Position numbers and translations under genes: made by a program. 31,590 bases of DNA from Verrucomicrobiota bacterium (lineage in GTDB: Bacteria; Verrucomicrobiota; Verrucomicrobiia; Limisphaerales; JADLHS01), in NCBI GenBank assembly GCA_031406395.1, contig JANOHH010001131.1, forward strand, positions 1 through 31,590, written 5' to 3'. Shown one piece after another: positions 17,780 through 26,566 of the stretch. The notes under the pieces were generated by a model. The model did not search any database and was not told where the DNA came from. It saw only the letters and a list, made by a program, of their open reading frames with translations. Positions within the stretch are counted from its first letter, which is position 1, and each line of letters begins with the position of its first letter.

Positions 17780-19330
17780 ATGACCTTGAACAAAAAAGAC
17801 CAACAAGACCTGCCCGAGCTGCAGCGGGCCCGCGCCCTGTGGATCGCCAACCGTTTCGATGCTGCCGTGAAGCTCTTCGTCGAAACCGCCGCGCGGCATC
17901 CCCAAAACGTCGCGGCGCTCGTGGACACCGCCCGCGCCTTGGGCCATCGCCACGAAATCAAGCGCGCCGGGGAATATCTGGCTCGCCTCCGCACCATCGC
18001 CGCCGAGCGGAAGGATCTGCCATTCATTGTCGGCCAGACTTTCCGGATGATTCACCGCGAGGAACTTGCCATCCAGTGCTTCGAGGAATACGTGGCGGGG
18101 CGGGGCCGTCGCCATGCCGACGCGCATTTTGAATTGGCCGTGCTCTACGAGCGCCGCCACCGCGTGGCGGACGCGGAAGCGGCGGTGGCCCGCGTGCTGA
18201 AGCTCAACTCGGTTTATCACGAAGCCTCGCTCTTGCAAGCCCGGCTCTGGCGTCGGCGCGGTGAAGTGGGCCAGGCTAAAGCCCGTTTCCGACGACTGGC
18301 GGAACATGCTCAAGTCCATGTCGTCTCCCGCGCCCAAGCCTGGGCGGCACTGGCCGATATCGCGGACAAGGAGGGTGACTATGAACAGGCCGTGGAACTC
18401 ATGGCGCGCTGCAAAGACATCCAAATTGCCCATGCCCAGGTCTTCCAGCGGCATTCCGACGTGGTGCTGGGCAACCTCCAGCGCTTTAGCGAATCCGTGA
18501 CGGCCGAGGATTTTCGACGTTGGCGGGCGCCACAGAATGAGTTCGGCCCGCCCGCCCGCGTCGCGCATCTGACGAGTTTCCCCCGCTCCGGCACCACTTT
18601 GTTGGAGAATATCCTGGACGCCCACTCGGGCGTCGTCAGCAGTGAGGAACTCGCAGTCTTCAGTCGCGATATTCTCGATTCTACCTGGAAGGAGTCGCAC
18701 GAAAACACCCCGCCGACCGTCGAGGCGTTCGACCGCGTCCCGGTGGCGAAACTCAATTCCTTGCGCCGGCGTTATTTGGACGCGATGGAAGAGGCGCTGG
18801 ACGAACCCATTGGCGACCGCGTCCACATCGACAAGAACCCGACGCACACCTTGTTCATCCCGGCCTTGGTGCGCCTGTTTCCAGAATCACAATTCCTCAT
18901 CGCTTTGCGCGATCCGCGCGACGTCGTGGTCAGTTGCTACTTTCAATATCTGCCGCTCAATCCAACGAGTGTGTCCTATCTGCGTTGGGAATCCACGGCG
19001 CGGCGTTATGCCCTGGACATGGGCATCTGGCTGCGAATGCGCGAACGGCTCGATGCCGGCTCCTGGCTGGAAGTTCGCTACGAGGACGTCGTGCAGGATC
19101 TGCCGGCCGCGGCCCGGCGCGCGCTCGCCTTCCTGAAACTGCCGTGGGAGGAGGCCGTACTTGGCTATCGTGAACGCCTCGCGACGAAGACCGTGCATAG
19201 CCCTACCTATCTAGATGTCGCGCAACCCATCAACCGTCGTCCCATCGGCCGCTGGAAAAATTACGCCCGCTGGTTGGAGCCGAACTTGGGAACGCTCGAA
19301 CGGTTCGTGAAGGACTTCGGCTACGCTTGA
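17780..19330 (+). CDS. TPR-repeat plus sulfotransferase domain protein
   Basis: Helical TPR-like N-half, PAPS motifs TSFPRSGTTLL and LRDPRDVVVSCY, DKNP, VRYEDVV. No signal peptide. ATG 17780 preferred over TTG 17741, which lies inside the terminator. Confidence 0.9.
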   Translation: MTLNKKDQQDLPELQRARALWIANRFDAAVKLFVETAARHPQNVAALVDTARALGHRHEIKRAGEYLARLRTIAAERKDLPFIVGQTFRMIHREELAIQCFEEYVAGRGRRHADAHFELAVLYERRHRVADAEAAVARVLKLNSVYHEASLLQARLWRRRGEVGQAKARFRRLAEHAQVHVVSRAQAWAALADIADKEGDYEQAVELMARCKDIQIAHAQVFQRHSDVVLGNLQRFSESVTAEDFRRWRAPQNEFGPPARVAHLTSFPRSGTTLLENILDAHSGVVSSEELAVFSRDILDSTWKESHENTPPTVEAFDRVPVAKLNSLRRRYLDAMEEALDEPIGDRVHIDKNPTHTLFIPALVRLFPESQFLIALRDPRDVVVSCYFQYLPLNPTSVSYLRWESTARRYALDMGIWLRMRERLDAGSWLEVRYEDVVQDLPAAARRALAFLKLPWEEAVLGYRERLATKTVHSPTYLDVAQPINRRPIGRWKNYARWLEPNLGTLERFVKDFGYA

Positions 19331-19338
19331 CCAGGTTG

Positions 19339-20598
19339 CTATCTGGAGCCTCGGTGGGCAAGTTCAGCGGCTTGGTTCAAGCTCTTAATCCATTCGTCCA
19401 AGTTTTCGCAGTAGTCCACCAGTAGTTGGCTTTCGACCGCTTTTCGGGCGGCGGGTGGAAAAATGTCCGTGCCATGCAGTGCCCCGATGAAGGCGCCGGC
19501 AAGTTGGGGGTAAGAGTCGGTATCCTGCCCCCACTCCGTGGTGAGCGCCAGCGTGCCAAGCGGATCCCCATTGCAGAGCCTGGCGCACGCGAACATGACC
19601 ACGAACGGTACCTGCGCTTCCCACGGCCCCGTTTCGGCAAATTCCCGGTCAAACCCGGCGAAGAGTTTGGCCGGGCGACCTTCCGCTTCGCGCGCCAGGC
19701 GCGCGGCCTTGTCCAGGAACCGATCCACCTGGCGCTGGCACCATGGCACTTTGCCGAAGCGCAGCGGATCAGTTTGCCGCAGCGCCGCTTCGATCGCCAG
19801 CCAGCCGGTGAGCGGTGCGGTCTTGCTTTCAGGTTGCGCCAACGCAGCCGCGAGGCCCGCGACCAAGGCGCAATTCATGTCCCGGCCGAAACCGTTGTCA
19901 CCCCAAGCCACTTCCCAAGCTGCACGGTAGGCCTCTGCGGGTTCCTCGGGAAACAACGCCGCCAACGGGAGTAAATTCATCTGACCTACGCAGGTGGGCA
20001 GGCTGTTCCACAAGCGTTCGGGAGGCAAAGCCCGGGCGGGATCGCGTTCGCCCAAAATCCACCGGGCGGCGAGACGTATTTCTGCCAGCCAATCGGCGTT
20101 GAGTTGCGAGTAACCCGGGTGTCGAGTGGTCAACTCCTCGGGTGGCCAGTCGCAGTAAGCTTGCGCCAGATCCCGCCCGGTCAACGGCCAGCGACCGGCT
20201 TCGGTCGTCCGCCGGAGGGCCTGCAGCAGAATGAGCTTGTGCCGGCTGTCGTCCGTGATCGTGCCGGGGACCGCGTTGGTACTCCAATGCGCGTATGGCT
20301 CGGGGAGAGGTCGCAGGTGCTGGTAGGATTGGAGCCGGACCCGCTGGCGCAGTTCCGCCATGGCCCGTGCGTCGAGCCCTTCGTTCCGCTGCCAAATCTT
20401 CGGCGGCTGCGGGAGTTTCGACCATGTTTCCTTCGGCTGAAATTCGAACGGCCCACCCAGCGCATCGCCGATCAGAGTGCCGATGAGCAACCCACGAATT
20501 CGTTCGGGCCGGGCCGTTGCCTCGGCCGCGCAGGCTTCGTTCAATGATGCAGAGCTGATGCTGACCACCAAAAGAACGAGCGAAATGTGCTGGATCAT
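19339..20598 (-). CDS. ADP-ribosylglycohydrolase family protein with signal peptide
   Basis: GTLIGDALG, TITDDS, GQDTDS...LAGAFIGALHG motifs. N-terminus MIQHISLVLLVVSISSASLNEACA. Confidence 0.85.
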   Translation of the reverse strand: MIQHISLVLLVVSISSASLNEACAAEATARPERIRGLLIGTLIGDALGGPFEFQPKETWSKLPQPPKIWQRNEGLDARAMAELRQRVRLQSYQHLRPLPEPYAHWSTNAVPGTITDDSRHKLILLQALRRTTEAGRWPLTGRDLAQAYCDWPPEELTTRHPGYSQLNADWLAEIRLAARWILGERDPARALPPERLWNSLPTCVGQMNLLPLAALFPEEPAEAYRAAWEVAWGDNGFGRDMNCALVAGLAAALAQPESKTAPLTGWLAIEAALRQTDPLRFGKVPWCQRQVDRFLDKAARLAREAEGRPAKLFAGFDREFAETGPWEAQVPFVVMFACARLCNGDPLGTLALTTEWGQDTDSYPQLAGAFIGALHGTDIFPPAARKAVESQLLVDYCENLDEWIKSLNQAAELAHRGSR

Positions 20599-21033
20599 TC
20601 TTCGAGCCTAGCCGTAACGTGCTGGGCGAGACAGCAGATTCTGATAATCCGCCTCACGCAAGCTCGCGGAAATTGGGTTCCGAAAAATCCCGACCGGCTC
20701 GACACCGCCCAAGCCAGCATAAAGGCCAGATTGCAGCACGCAATATTGGAACTTGGCGAACATCCACTGCCCGAAACTGAAAAGAGCGTGGTCGCAAATC
20801 TTTTTGTCCGGCGGACGGCAGACCTTTCCCAATTGACCGCTGGCGATGCAGAACCGGGCGGCACAATCAAAAGTAACTGCAACCTTGGTTGGCCGAGCTC
20901 CAACCATGGCTCAAAGCATACGGTTACGCATAACACCCGCAACGCGGCCGAACCGGAAGATGTCACCCAATCATGACGCGCGCTTCGTCAAACTGTAACA
21001 CGGCTGTTTTATTTTCCCGTCGCAAGTAAAAAG

Positions 21034-21077
21034 CCCCCAAAACAGGGGGTTGTTTTGTTGGGCTGCTGGCGTAATTT
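21034..21077 (+). promoter_or_regulatory. Shared box plus sigma70-like promoter for the prepilin-like gene
   Basis: CCCCCAAAACAGGGGG-TTGTTT-N16-TAATTT. This is the most palindromic copy and could also fold as a terminator-like hairpin. Confidence 0.55.
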
Positions 21078-21114
21078 AGCCGCAACAAACTGAGCGATCG
21101 CACGGAATAATATC

Positions 21115-21930
21115 ATGCCGCAAGTCCGATCTATTCGAGCCCGTCCGCGCCGACGCGAGGTGGGCGCCAAACACTGGCAGCGCACCACTGGTTTTACCCT
21201 CATTGAATTGCTGGTGGTCATTGCCATCATTGCGATCCTCGCCGCCATGTTGTTGCCTGCATTGTCAAAGGCGAAAGGCAAGGCGCAACAAATTTCCTGC
21301 CTTAATAACCTGAGACAGCTCTCGCTCGGTACTCAGCTGTACATAGATGACAGCAACAACTGGTACCCGCCAATCCAGGCCACCGTCAGCGCTGGCTTCG
21401 AGACGAGTTGGCGTTCCTATCTCTTCAACTTGGTTGGAAAGAACGGACAGGTGTACGATTGCCCAACCGAAAAAGAGGAGGTTTACGCCACGGGCTCGCG
21501 TTACAAACTCCCGCCAGCGCCTCAACTCGTCGGCCAGGTGGCCGACGGTGAAATCAAGCTGCTCAGTGGCATCGGCGCGGTGAATGTTCATTGGGAAGGC
21601 GGCGGGGCACCGCCTCCGTTTGGCCGGCCGTACGAGAACAACGTCTGTCGCGCCTCCAAGATCGAGCGACCTGTCAACGTCCTGCTCTTTGGCGACGGCC
21701 ATAGCGACGTGCGCCAGGAGTATCCCAACGACCGGTGGTGGATCTGGAAATATGATGCGGCCAATGCGCCCGGATTCAACCGCGTCGTCCAGGGCGACAA
21801 AGGTGCGGTCCGCCACAGCCGCCGCTCCAATTACGCCAAGGCTGATGGCAGCGCGGCTGCGCTGGATGCCGGTCGCATCCCATGCGACCGCACCGAGTGC
21901 TGGTGGTCGGTGAAAGCCGACCCGCATTGA
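21115..21930 (+). CDS. Prepilin-type N-terminal cleavage/methylation protein with H-X9-DG motif (DUF1559-like)
   Basis: G|[28 protein letters not shown]...SCLNNLRQL and C-terminal [12 protein letters not shown]. Confidence 0.93.
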   Translation: MPQVRSIRARPRRREVGAKHWQRTTGFTLIELLVVIAIIAILAAMLLPALSKAKGKAQQISCLNNLRQLSLGTQLYIDDSNNWYPPIQATVSAGFETSWRSYLFNLVGKNGQVYDCPTEKEEVYATGSRYKLPPAPQLVGQVADGEIKLLSGIGAVNVHWEGGGAPPPFGRPYENNVCRASKIERPVNVLLFGDGHSDVRQEYPNDRWWIWKYDAANAPGFNRVVQGDKGAVRHSRRSNYAKADGSAAALDAGRIPCDRTECWWSVKADPH

Positions 21931-21942
21931 ACCGTTGACCGA

Positions 21943-22434
21943 GTGATGAGGAAATCCCAGCTCCCCCAACTGCTGCTCGCGGTAATCCTGCTGGCCGGCG
22001 CGGGCTTTGGGTTTTACCGCTTTCTCCGCGACGATTCTGGTATATCGGAGCAGACCTTTTTCTACGACCTCAGTGCGGAAAAACTTTTCGCCGCGCCGCG
22101 CGAAGCCCTGCCACCCATTCGCGGAGTAGATAATCCGGAAGCGGACGCCGTCCGGGCCATCGTCATTTGCGTCTCCGGCAACCCCGCGAAGGCGGCGAAC
22201 CAAAGGATTGCCTACCTCGAAAAATACACCCCTGAGTTGAAGCAGAGTCTCGAACTGGTCCGCGCCGGGAAAGCCGAGCCGTTGCCGCGGGGTCAACGCA
22301 AAGGCTTCGTCTTCGTCAAACGCGCCGAGGACAAGGATTGGTTCCGGTCTGACTCGCCGGAGGGCGAGCAGATCATGACCGGCTGGAACGTCCCCGGACC
22401 GGATGGCAAGATGCCCATTGTATGTGTGCCCTGA
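21943..22434 (+). CDS. Hypothetical membrane-anchored/exported protein
   Basis: Single N-terminal hydrophobic helix, 12 bp after the pilin-like gene, FFYDL...VRAIV...IAYLEKYTPE core. ATG 21946 is an alternative start. Confidence 0.8.
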   Translation: MMRKSQLPQLLLAVILLAGAGFGFYRFLRDDSGISEQTFFYDLSAEKLFAAPREALPPIRGVDNPEADAVRAIVICVSGNPAKAANQRIAYLEKYTPELKQSLELVRAGKAEPLPRGQRKGFVFVKRAEDKDWFRSDSPEGEQIMTGWNVPGPDGKMPIVCVP

Positions 22435-22529
22435 CCCCAGGCGGAATACGGATTGGTATTCTCGAATGGTTTGGGAACCACCTCGAGTTGGTGTCCACCC
22501 ACCTCTCACGTATCAACCAATACCTCCAT

Positions 22530-22573
22530 CCCCGAAATGGGGGGGTTGCATCCCGCGGAACATCCATTATGGT
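22530..22573 (+). promoter_or_regulatory. Shared box plus sigma70-like promoter for the 985-aa protein gene
   Basis: CCCCGAAATGGGGGGG-TTGCAT-N16-TATGGT. Homologous to 16826-16869. Confidence 0.65.
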
Positions 22574-22673
22574 ACTTTGCATTACAACCGCCACTCATCT
22601 CAATCTAATAATGAACTTTGGATTCCTGTAATCCAATGACAGCAAAAAACCAGACCATCAACTCAATACGTAT

Positions 22674-25631
22674 ATGCGAAAAAAATCCATCATCACACCG
22701 GTTTGTTCGGGGCTGGCGATTCTCGCGGGCTCATTTTCATTCCTCGGGACCGCCCAAGCGGTCACGCTCCTTTCCGAGGGTTTTGAAGGCCCCAGCAACG
22801 TTTTTGCCGCGCCTACCTACAACTACTCCGCCCTCTACACAACCCCGAACTTGCTGGTGCCTGCGGGTGGGCTCAAATACCTGAATGGCGGAGCGGGAAT
22901 CAGCGGCTCAGTGTCCACCACCAATTATACGGCCGGCTCCCTCAGCCTGCTCACCGGTGGGATCACTGGTGGGCAGATTGATGGTGGACTGGTCAACTAC
23001 AATCTTTACGCCCAGTTCAGCAGTTATCGGCAGCAGAACGACAATGGCACCCTTTCCGTTCAGTTCCTCGACGCCGGCAGCAGTGCGCTCGGTTCAGAGC
23101 TCCTTCTTGGCGGGGAAGCGATTGTAAGCGGGTTGGGCATGGGGATCAGCGGCTATGGTAATCCAGATTATACGGATATGCGCGACTGGGCGGCGGATTC
23201 ATTGACAGGGATCATCCCAGCGGGAGCACGGTTCGCTACCGTTAAGATCATTGAGGTGAAGTCGGCGGGTGGCGGTAACATTGATGGCTACATGGACAAT
23301 GTTAGGGTGGACATTTTTGTGGGACCAACACCCGCCTCCATCTCCTCCGTATCTCCAGCCGATAATGCCACGGGGGTCAGCCCCGGAGTGGCCGTGAGCG
23401 TGGTTCTGCAAGACGGAACGGTCGCCGTAAATAACAGTTCCATCCAATTGAGTTTTGATGGCTCGCTGGTGACCCCGTCCATCCAAAAGGCGGGCAGCCT
23501 GACTACAATCCAGTACGATCCACCGGGACTGCTCCTGCCCCTCTCGCCCCACACCTATAAAATCGCGTTCGGCAACGGTGGCGGCGCTACCCCCAACCAG
23601 ACCAACCAATTCCAGTTCGCCGTTACCGACTGGGTGGACATCGTCCTGCCGGCGCCGATCCATTTCGAGAATTTTGACGCAGTCAGCGAAGGAAGCCTGC
23701 CGGCGGGCTGGACCGCCTCGAATGTCACTACGCCGCAAACTCCTGGTCTCGACTCGCAGGACATCACTTCCGACTTCTACCTGAATTGGGCCGTGATCAA
23801 CAGCAGCACTGCCACCTTCCTTCAGACCAACAATGTCAATTACGGCTCACTCTTCACCGTCCGCCCCGACGTGGTCGTAAATGGATCATCCGTCACAAAT
23901 CTGATCAGCGGCAAGTGTATCTTGGCGGTCTCCGCTGGCCGTCTGGACACGGACATTCAGGTCCAATACTTGTACACCCGCGATTACGACCTGACCGGGC
24001 ACGGTAACATTTTCGCGTCCTTCCACAGTATTTACATCCAGAACCAAGATAGCATCGGAGCGGTGGAGTACTCGATCAACGGCGGGGCCACCTGGCTGCC
24101 CGCTCTCTACCTGCTGGATGGGCCCGATGTCATCCGCGACAGTTCCGGAGGCGTTGATGCCTCGAATACTTTCGCCACCGTTTACGCCGACGTTGCCGAC
24201 CCGGTTACCACCTTGTTTAGTGGGTCCTACGGGCAGGTCATCGGTCTCGCGCAAAACCAATGGGCCACCGCCGCGCCCAACATCAGCGCGCGCGTGAACG
24301 ACAATACCGTTGAATCCAAGCGCGTCGAAGTCGTACGGTTGCCGCAAGCCGACAATCAAGCCGCGGTCAGATTCCGCTTTGCACAATCCGGGAGCGGCAG
24401 TTGGTTCTTTGGCTTGGACGATTTCGGTATTTACAGCCTCGCAAGCACCGCGCGCCCGATCGTGGGCGCCGCCACTCCTCCGAGCCAGATTGTGACGGCG
24501 GGCAACGCGTTGACCGCGCTAACGGTTTCCCCCAGCGGAGCAATGCCCATGACCTATCAGTGGCGGCGCAATGGGGTGAATCTTGCCGACAAGACGAATC
24601 AGGTATTTTCACTGCCGACGAATCTTCAGCCCGGTGACTCCGGTGACTACACCGTGGTGGTGAGCAACCCGGGCAATTCCGCCACCAGCAGCCCGCCGGC
24701 CGTCGTGACGGTTCTGGATTCCGTTCTCGCTTTGGTCTCGGGACAGTGGGACTTCAACCAAGGAGACCTTCGCGCAACTTGTGGCAGTGACTTGGGGTAT
24801 TTTGATAGCTCGGTTCAGGCCAGCACCACGTTCGGCACGACGACCAGCTTTGGTATCCCCGATATCGGCGGGCAAGCCGCCAATGTCATGAAATTCATCC
24901 CAACCAGTGGCAACTCCGGTGGCGGGGGAGGCAATCCCACCTTGGACGCATGGGGTGGATACCGGATGTTTCACGGCACAGCCGCCAATGGCGGCGGAAC
25001 CAACGTCAATCAATACACCCTGATCTTGGATGTCCTCTATCCCTCCGTTTCAGACCTTGCGTGGCGGGCGCTGTTGCAGGCCAGCACCAACGCGACCACG
25101 GGTGGCGATGATAGCGAGTACTACCTCAACAGGGCGAACGCCATCGGGATCAGCAGCATTTACCAGGGCAACGTCACCGCGGATGTTTGGCACCGGATCG
25201 CCGTGGCGGTGGATCTCTCCGGTCCGGGGACTCACCCGGCGGTTGAAAAGTTCATTGATGGTGTCAAGGTGGGCGAACAAACCGGTGGTCTGAGCAGTGT
25301 GGATGGCCGGTTTTCCTTGAATCCAATCCTCGCCCTGCTCTTCGCCGAAAACAACGGCTACAACAGCGACGCCTTCGTGAGCAGCGTTCAGTTTCGCAAT
25401 GGCCGGCTCTCGGACACCGCCATCGCCGCAATGGGCGGGCCCGGGGCGGGTAAGATTCCCGGCGCCATTTGTGCCAGTGTCCAAGCCGGAAACGTGGTGG
25501 TCGCCTGGAGTGGCACCGTTCTCAAATCGGCAACTAGTCTTGCTGGACCTTGGAACCCCATCGTAGGCGCGAGTAAACCTTACGTCGTACCTGGCCCTTT
25601 GGCCGACAAGAAGTTTTTCCGTTCCGAGTAG
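22674..25631 (+). CDS. Secreted modular protein: domain A, SbsA/Big_5-like Ig, domain B, Ig-like, LamG-like, short C-terminal tail; no recognisable catalytic domain
   Basis: N-terminus paralogous to the PEP-CTERM protein, SVSPADNATGV Ig-like start, domain B/Ig/LamG paralogous to the 1.5-kaa protein, tail ...WNPIVGASKPYVVP...KKFFRSE. Confidence 0.88.
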   Translation: MRKKSIITPVCSGLAILAGSFSFLGTAQAVTLLSEGFEGPSNVFAAPTYNYSALYTTPNLLVPAGGLKYLNGGAGISGSVSTTNYTAGSLSLLTGGITGGQIDGGLVNYNLYAQFSSYRQQNDNGTLSVQFLDAGSSALGSELLLGGEAIVSGLGMGISGYGNPDYTDMRDWAADSLTGIIPAGARFATVKIIEVKSAGGGNIDGYMDNVRVDIFVGPTPASISSVSPADNATGVSPGVAVSVVLQDGTVAVNNSSIQLSFDGSLVTPSIQKAGSLTTIQYDPPGLLLPLSPHTYKIAFGNGGGATPNQTNQFQFAVTDWVDIVLPAPIHFENFDAVSEGSLPAGWTASNVTTPQTPGLDSQDITSDFYLNWAVINSSTATFLQTNNVNYGSLFTVRPDVVVNGSSVTNLISGKCILAVSAGRLDTDIQVQYLYTRDYDLTGHGNIFASFHSIYIQNQDSIGAVEYSINGGATWLPALYLLDGPDVIRDSSGGVDASNTFATVYADVADPVTTLFSGSYGQVIGLAQNQWATAAPNISARVNDNTVESKRVEVVRLPQADNQAAVRFRFAQSGSGSWFFGLDDFGIYSLASTARPIVGAATPPSQIVTAGNALTALTVSPSGAMPMTYQWRRNGVNLADKTNQVFSLPTNLQPGDSGDYTVVVSNPGNSATSSPPAVVTVLDSVLALVSGQWDFNQGDLRATCGSDLGYFDSSVQASTTFGTTTSFGIPDIGGQAANVMKFIPTSGNSGGGGGNPTLDAWGGYRMFHGTAANGGGTNVNQYTLILDVLYPSVSDLAWRALLQASTNATTGGDDSEYYLNRANAIGISSIYQGNVTADVWHRIAVAVDLSGPGTHPAVEKFIDGVKVGEQTGGLSSVDGRFSLNPILALLFAENNGYNSDAFVSSVQFRNGRLSDTAIAAMGGPGAGKIPGAICASVQAGNVVVAWSGTVLKSATSLAGPWNPIVGASKPYVVPGPLADKKFFRSE

Positions 25632-26537
25632 GAACTTGGTCGCCTTTGCCGTTCACTCGGCTAACTGATAATAGGGGGCAGGCTGTGGCTCGCATCCTGC
25701 CCCTTCTGGCTATCGAGAGAAAGCTACCGGGCGACTGCCCGGCGGGCTGGGCGGAAAGAGATGTGCGGTTCAGTGCCGCGCCGCGCCAAGATCAAAAAGG
25801 TCTCATGCTTGCCAAGACCATGACGAACATCCAAAGCCGAGCGGCCAAGCCTTTGCATCCCCCATCTCAGCACAGGAACCGGGTCGACTTTACGAATTTT
25901 TGCCGGTGCATCGTTGCGTCGGATGCAGGGGTTGCGGTGAGCGCAGACTCGAAGCGCTTGATTTTTCTGGCCCTGGCTTCTGTGGCTGCGCTGTCCTGCG
26001 AAACAAACTTCCCGGACCAACTCGGACTTCTCATCCGAAAACTGAAACCATCGCATGCAACGCTTCACCACTTTGCTTCAGGATTACCTCGCTCTCCGGG
26101 ACGGTGGTTATCGCATCGAGCTGGAACGCCGCCGTTACGTGGACAGTGGTTCGCGCCGCGAGAAAGTCGGTGCCGGTTAGGCAGTGGCCAGTTCATGCCG
26201 GAGGTCGCGATCAAGAATCCCGAAGCGCTTCGCCGGGTCAACCAGAGCGACCCTGGCTGGGTGCGGCTTCGGTTTCAAGATCGCCGGCTTCACCGGTGTA
26301 GGTCGCAGTTCGTTCTGCGATCAAACTCTCCTCTCGCAGCCATACTTCCGTCCGGCTTCCGCGAGGGGCAGCTCGTTGGACCGGTTCAAAGACCTTCGCC
26401 TTACCCCCAACTGCTGCCTGAGGGTGGCGTGTCGGGGCAGTCTGCGAATGTCATGCCGATCAGGTTTGGAGCTTGGGGCAAATTGCCGGTTTGCTTCGTT
26501 TGTAGCCAAGCTTGGTTAAACCGGATTTGCCGTCACC

Positions 26538-26566
26538 TTGACTTCACCCTGCGCGTTCGGAACACT
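26538..26566 (+). promoter_or_regulatory. Possible sigma70-like promoter of glyQS
   Basis: TTGACT-N17-AACACT ending 9 nt before ATG 26576. The -10 is imperfect. Confidence 0.35.

Noticed and set aside
21029-21057. AAAAAGCCCCC-AAAACA-GGGGGTTGTTTT called purely as an intrinsic terminator
   Set aside because: No supported gene ends just upstream on either strand, and it matches the box found at five other promoters. Kept as an operator, but a dual role is not excluded.
26418-26435. AGGGTGG upstream of glyQS as a T-box riboswitch
   Set aside because: The required GGTGGNACCGCG continuation and the terminator/antiterminator are absent.
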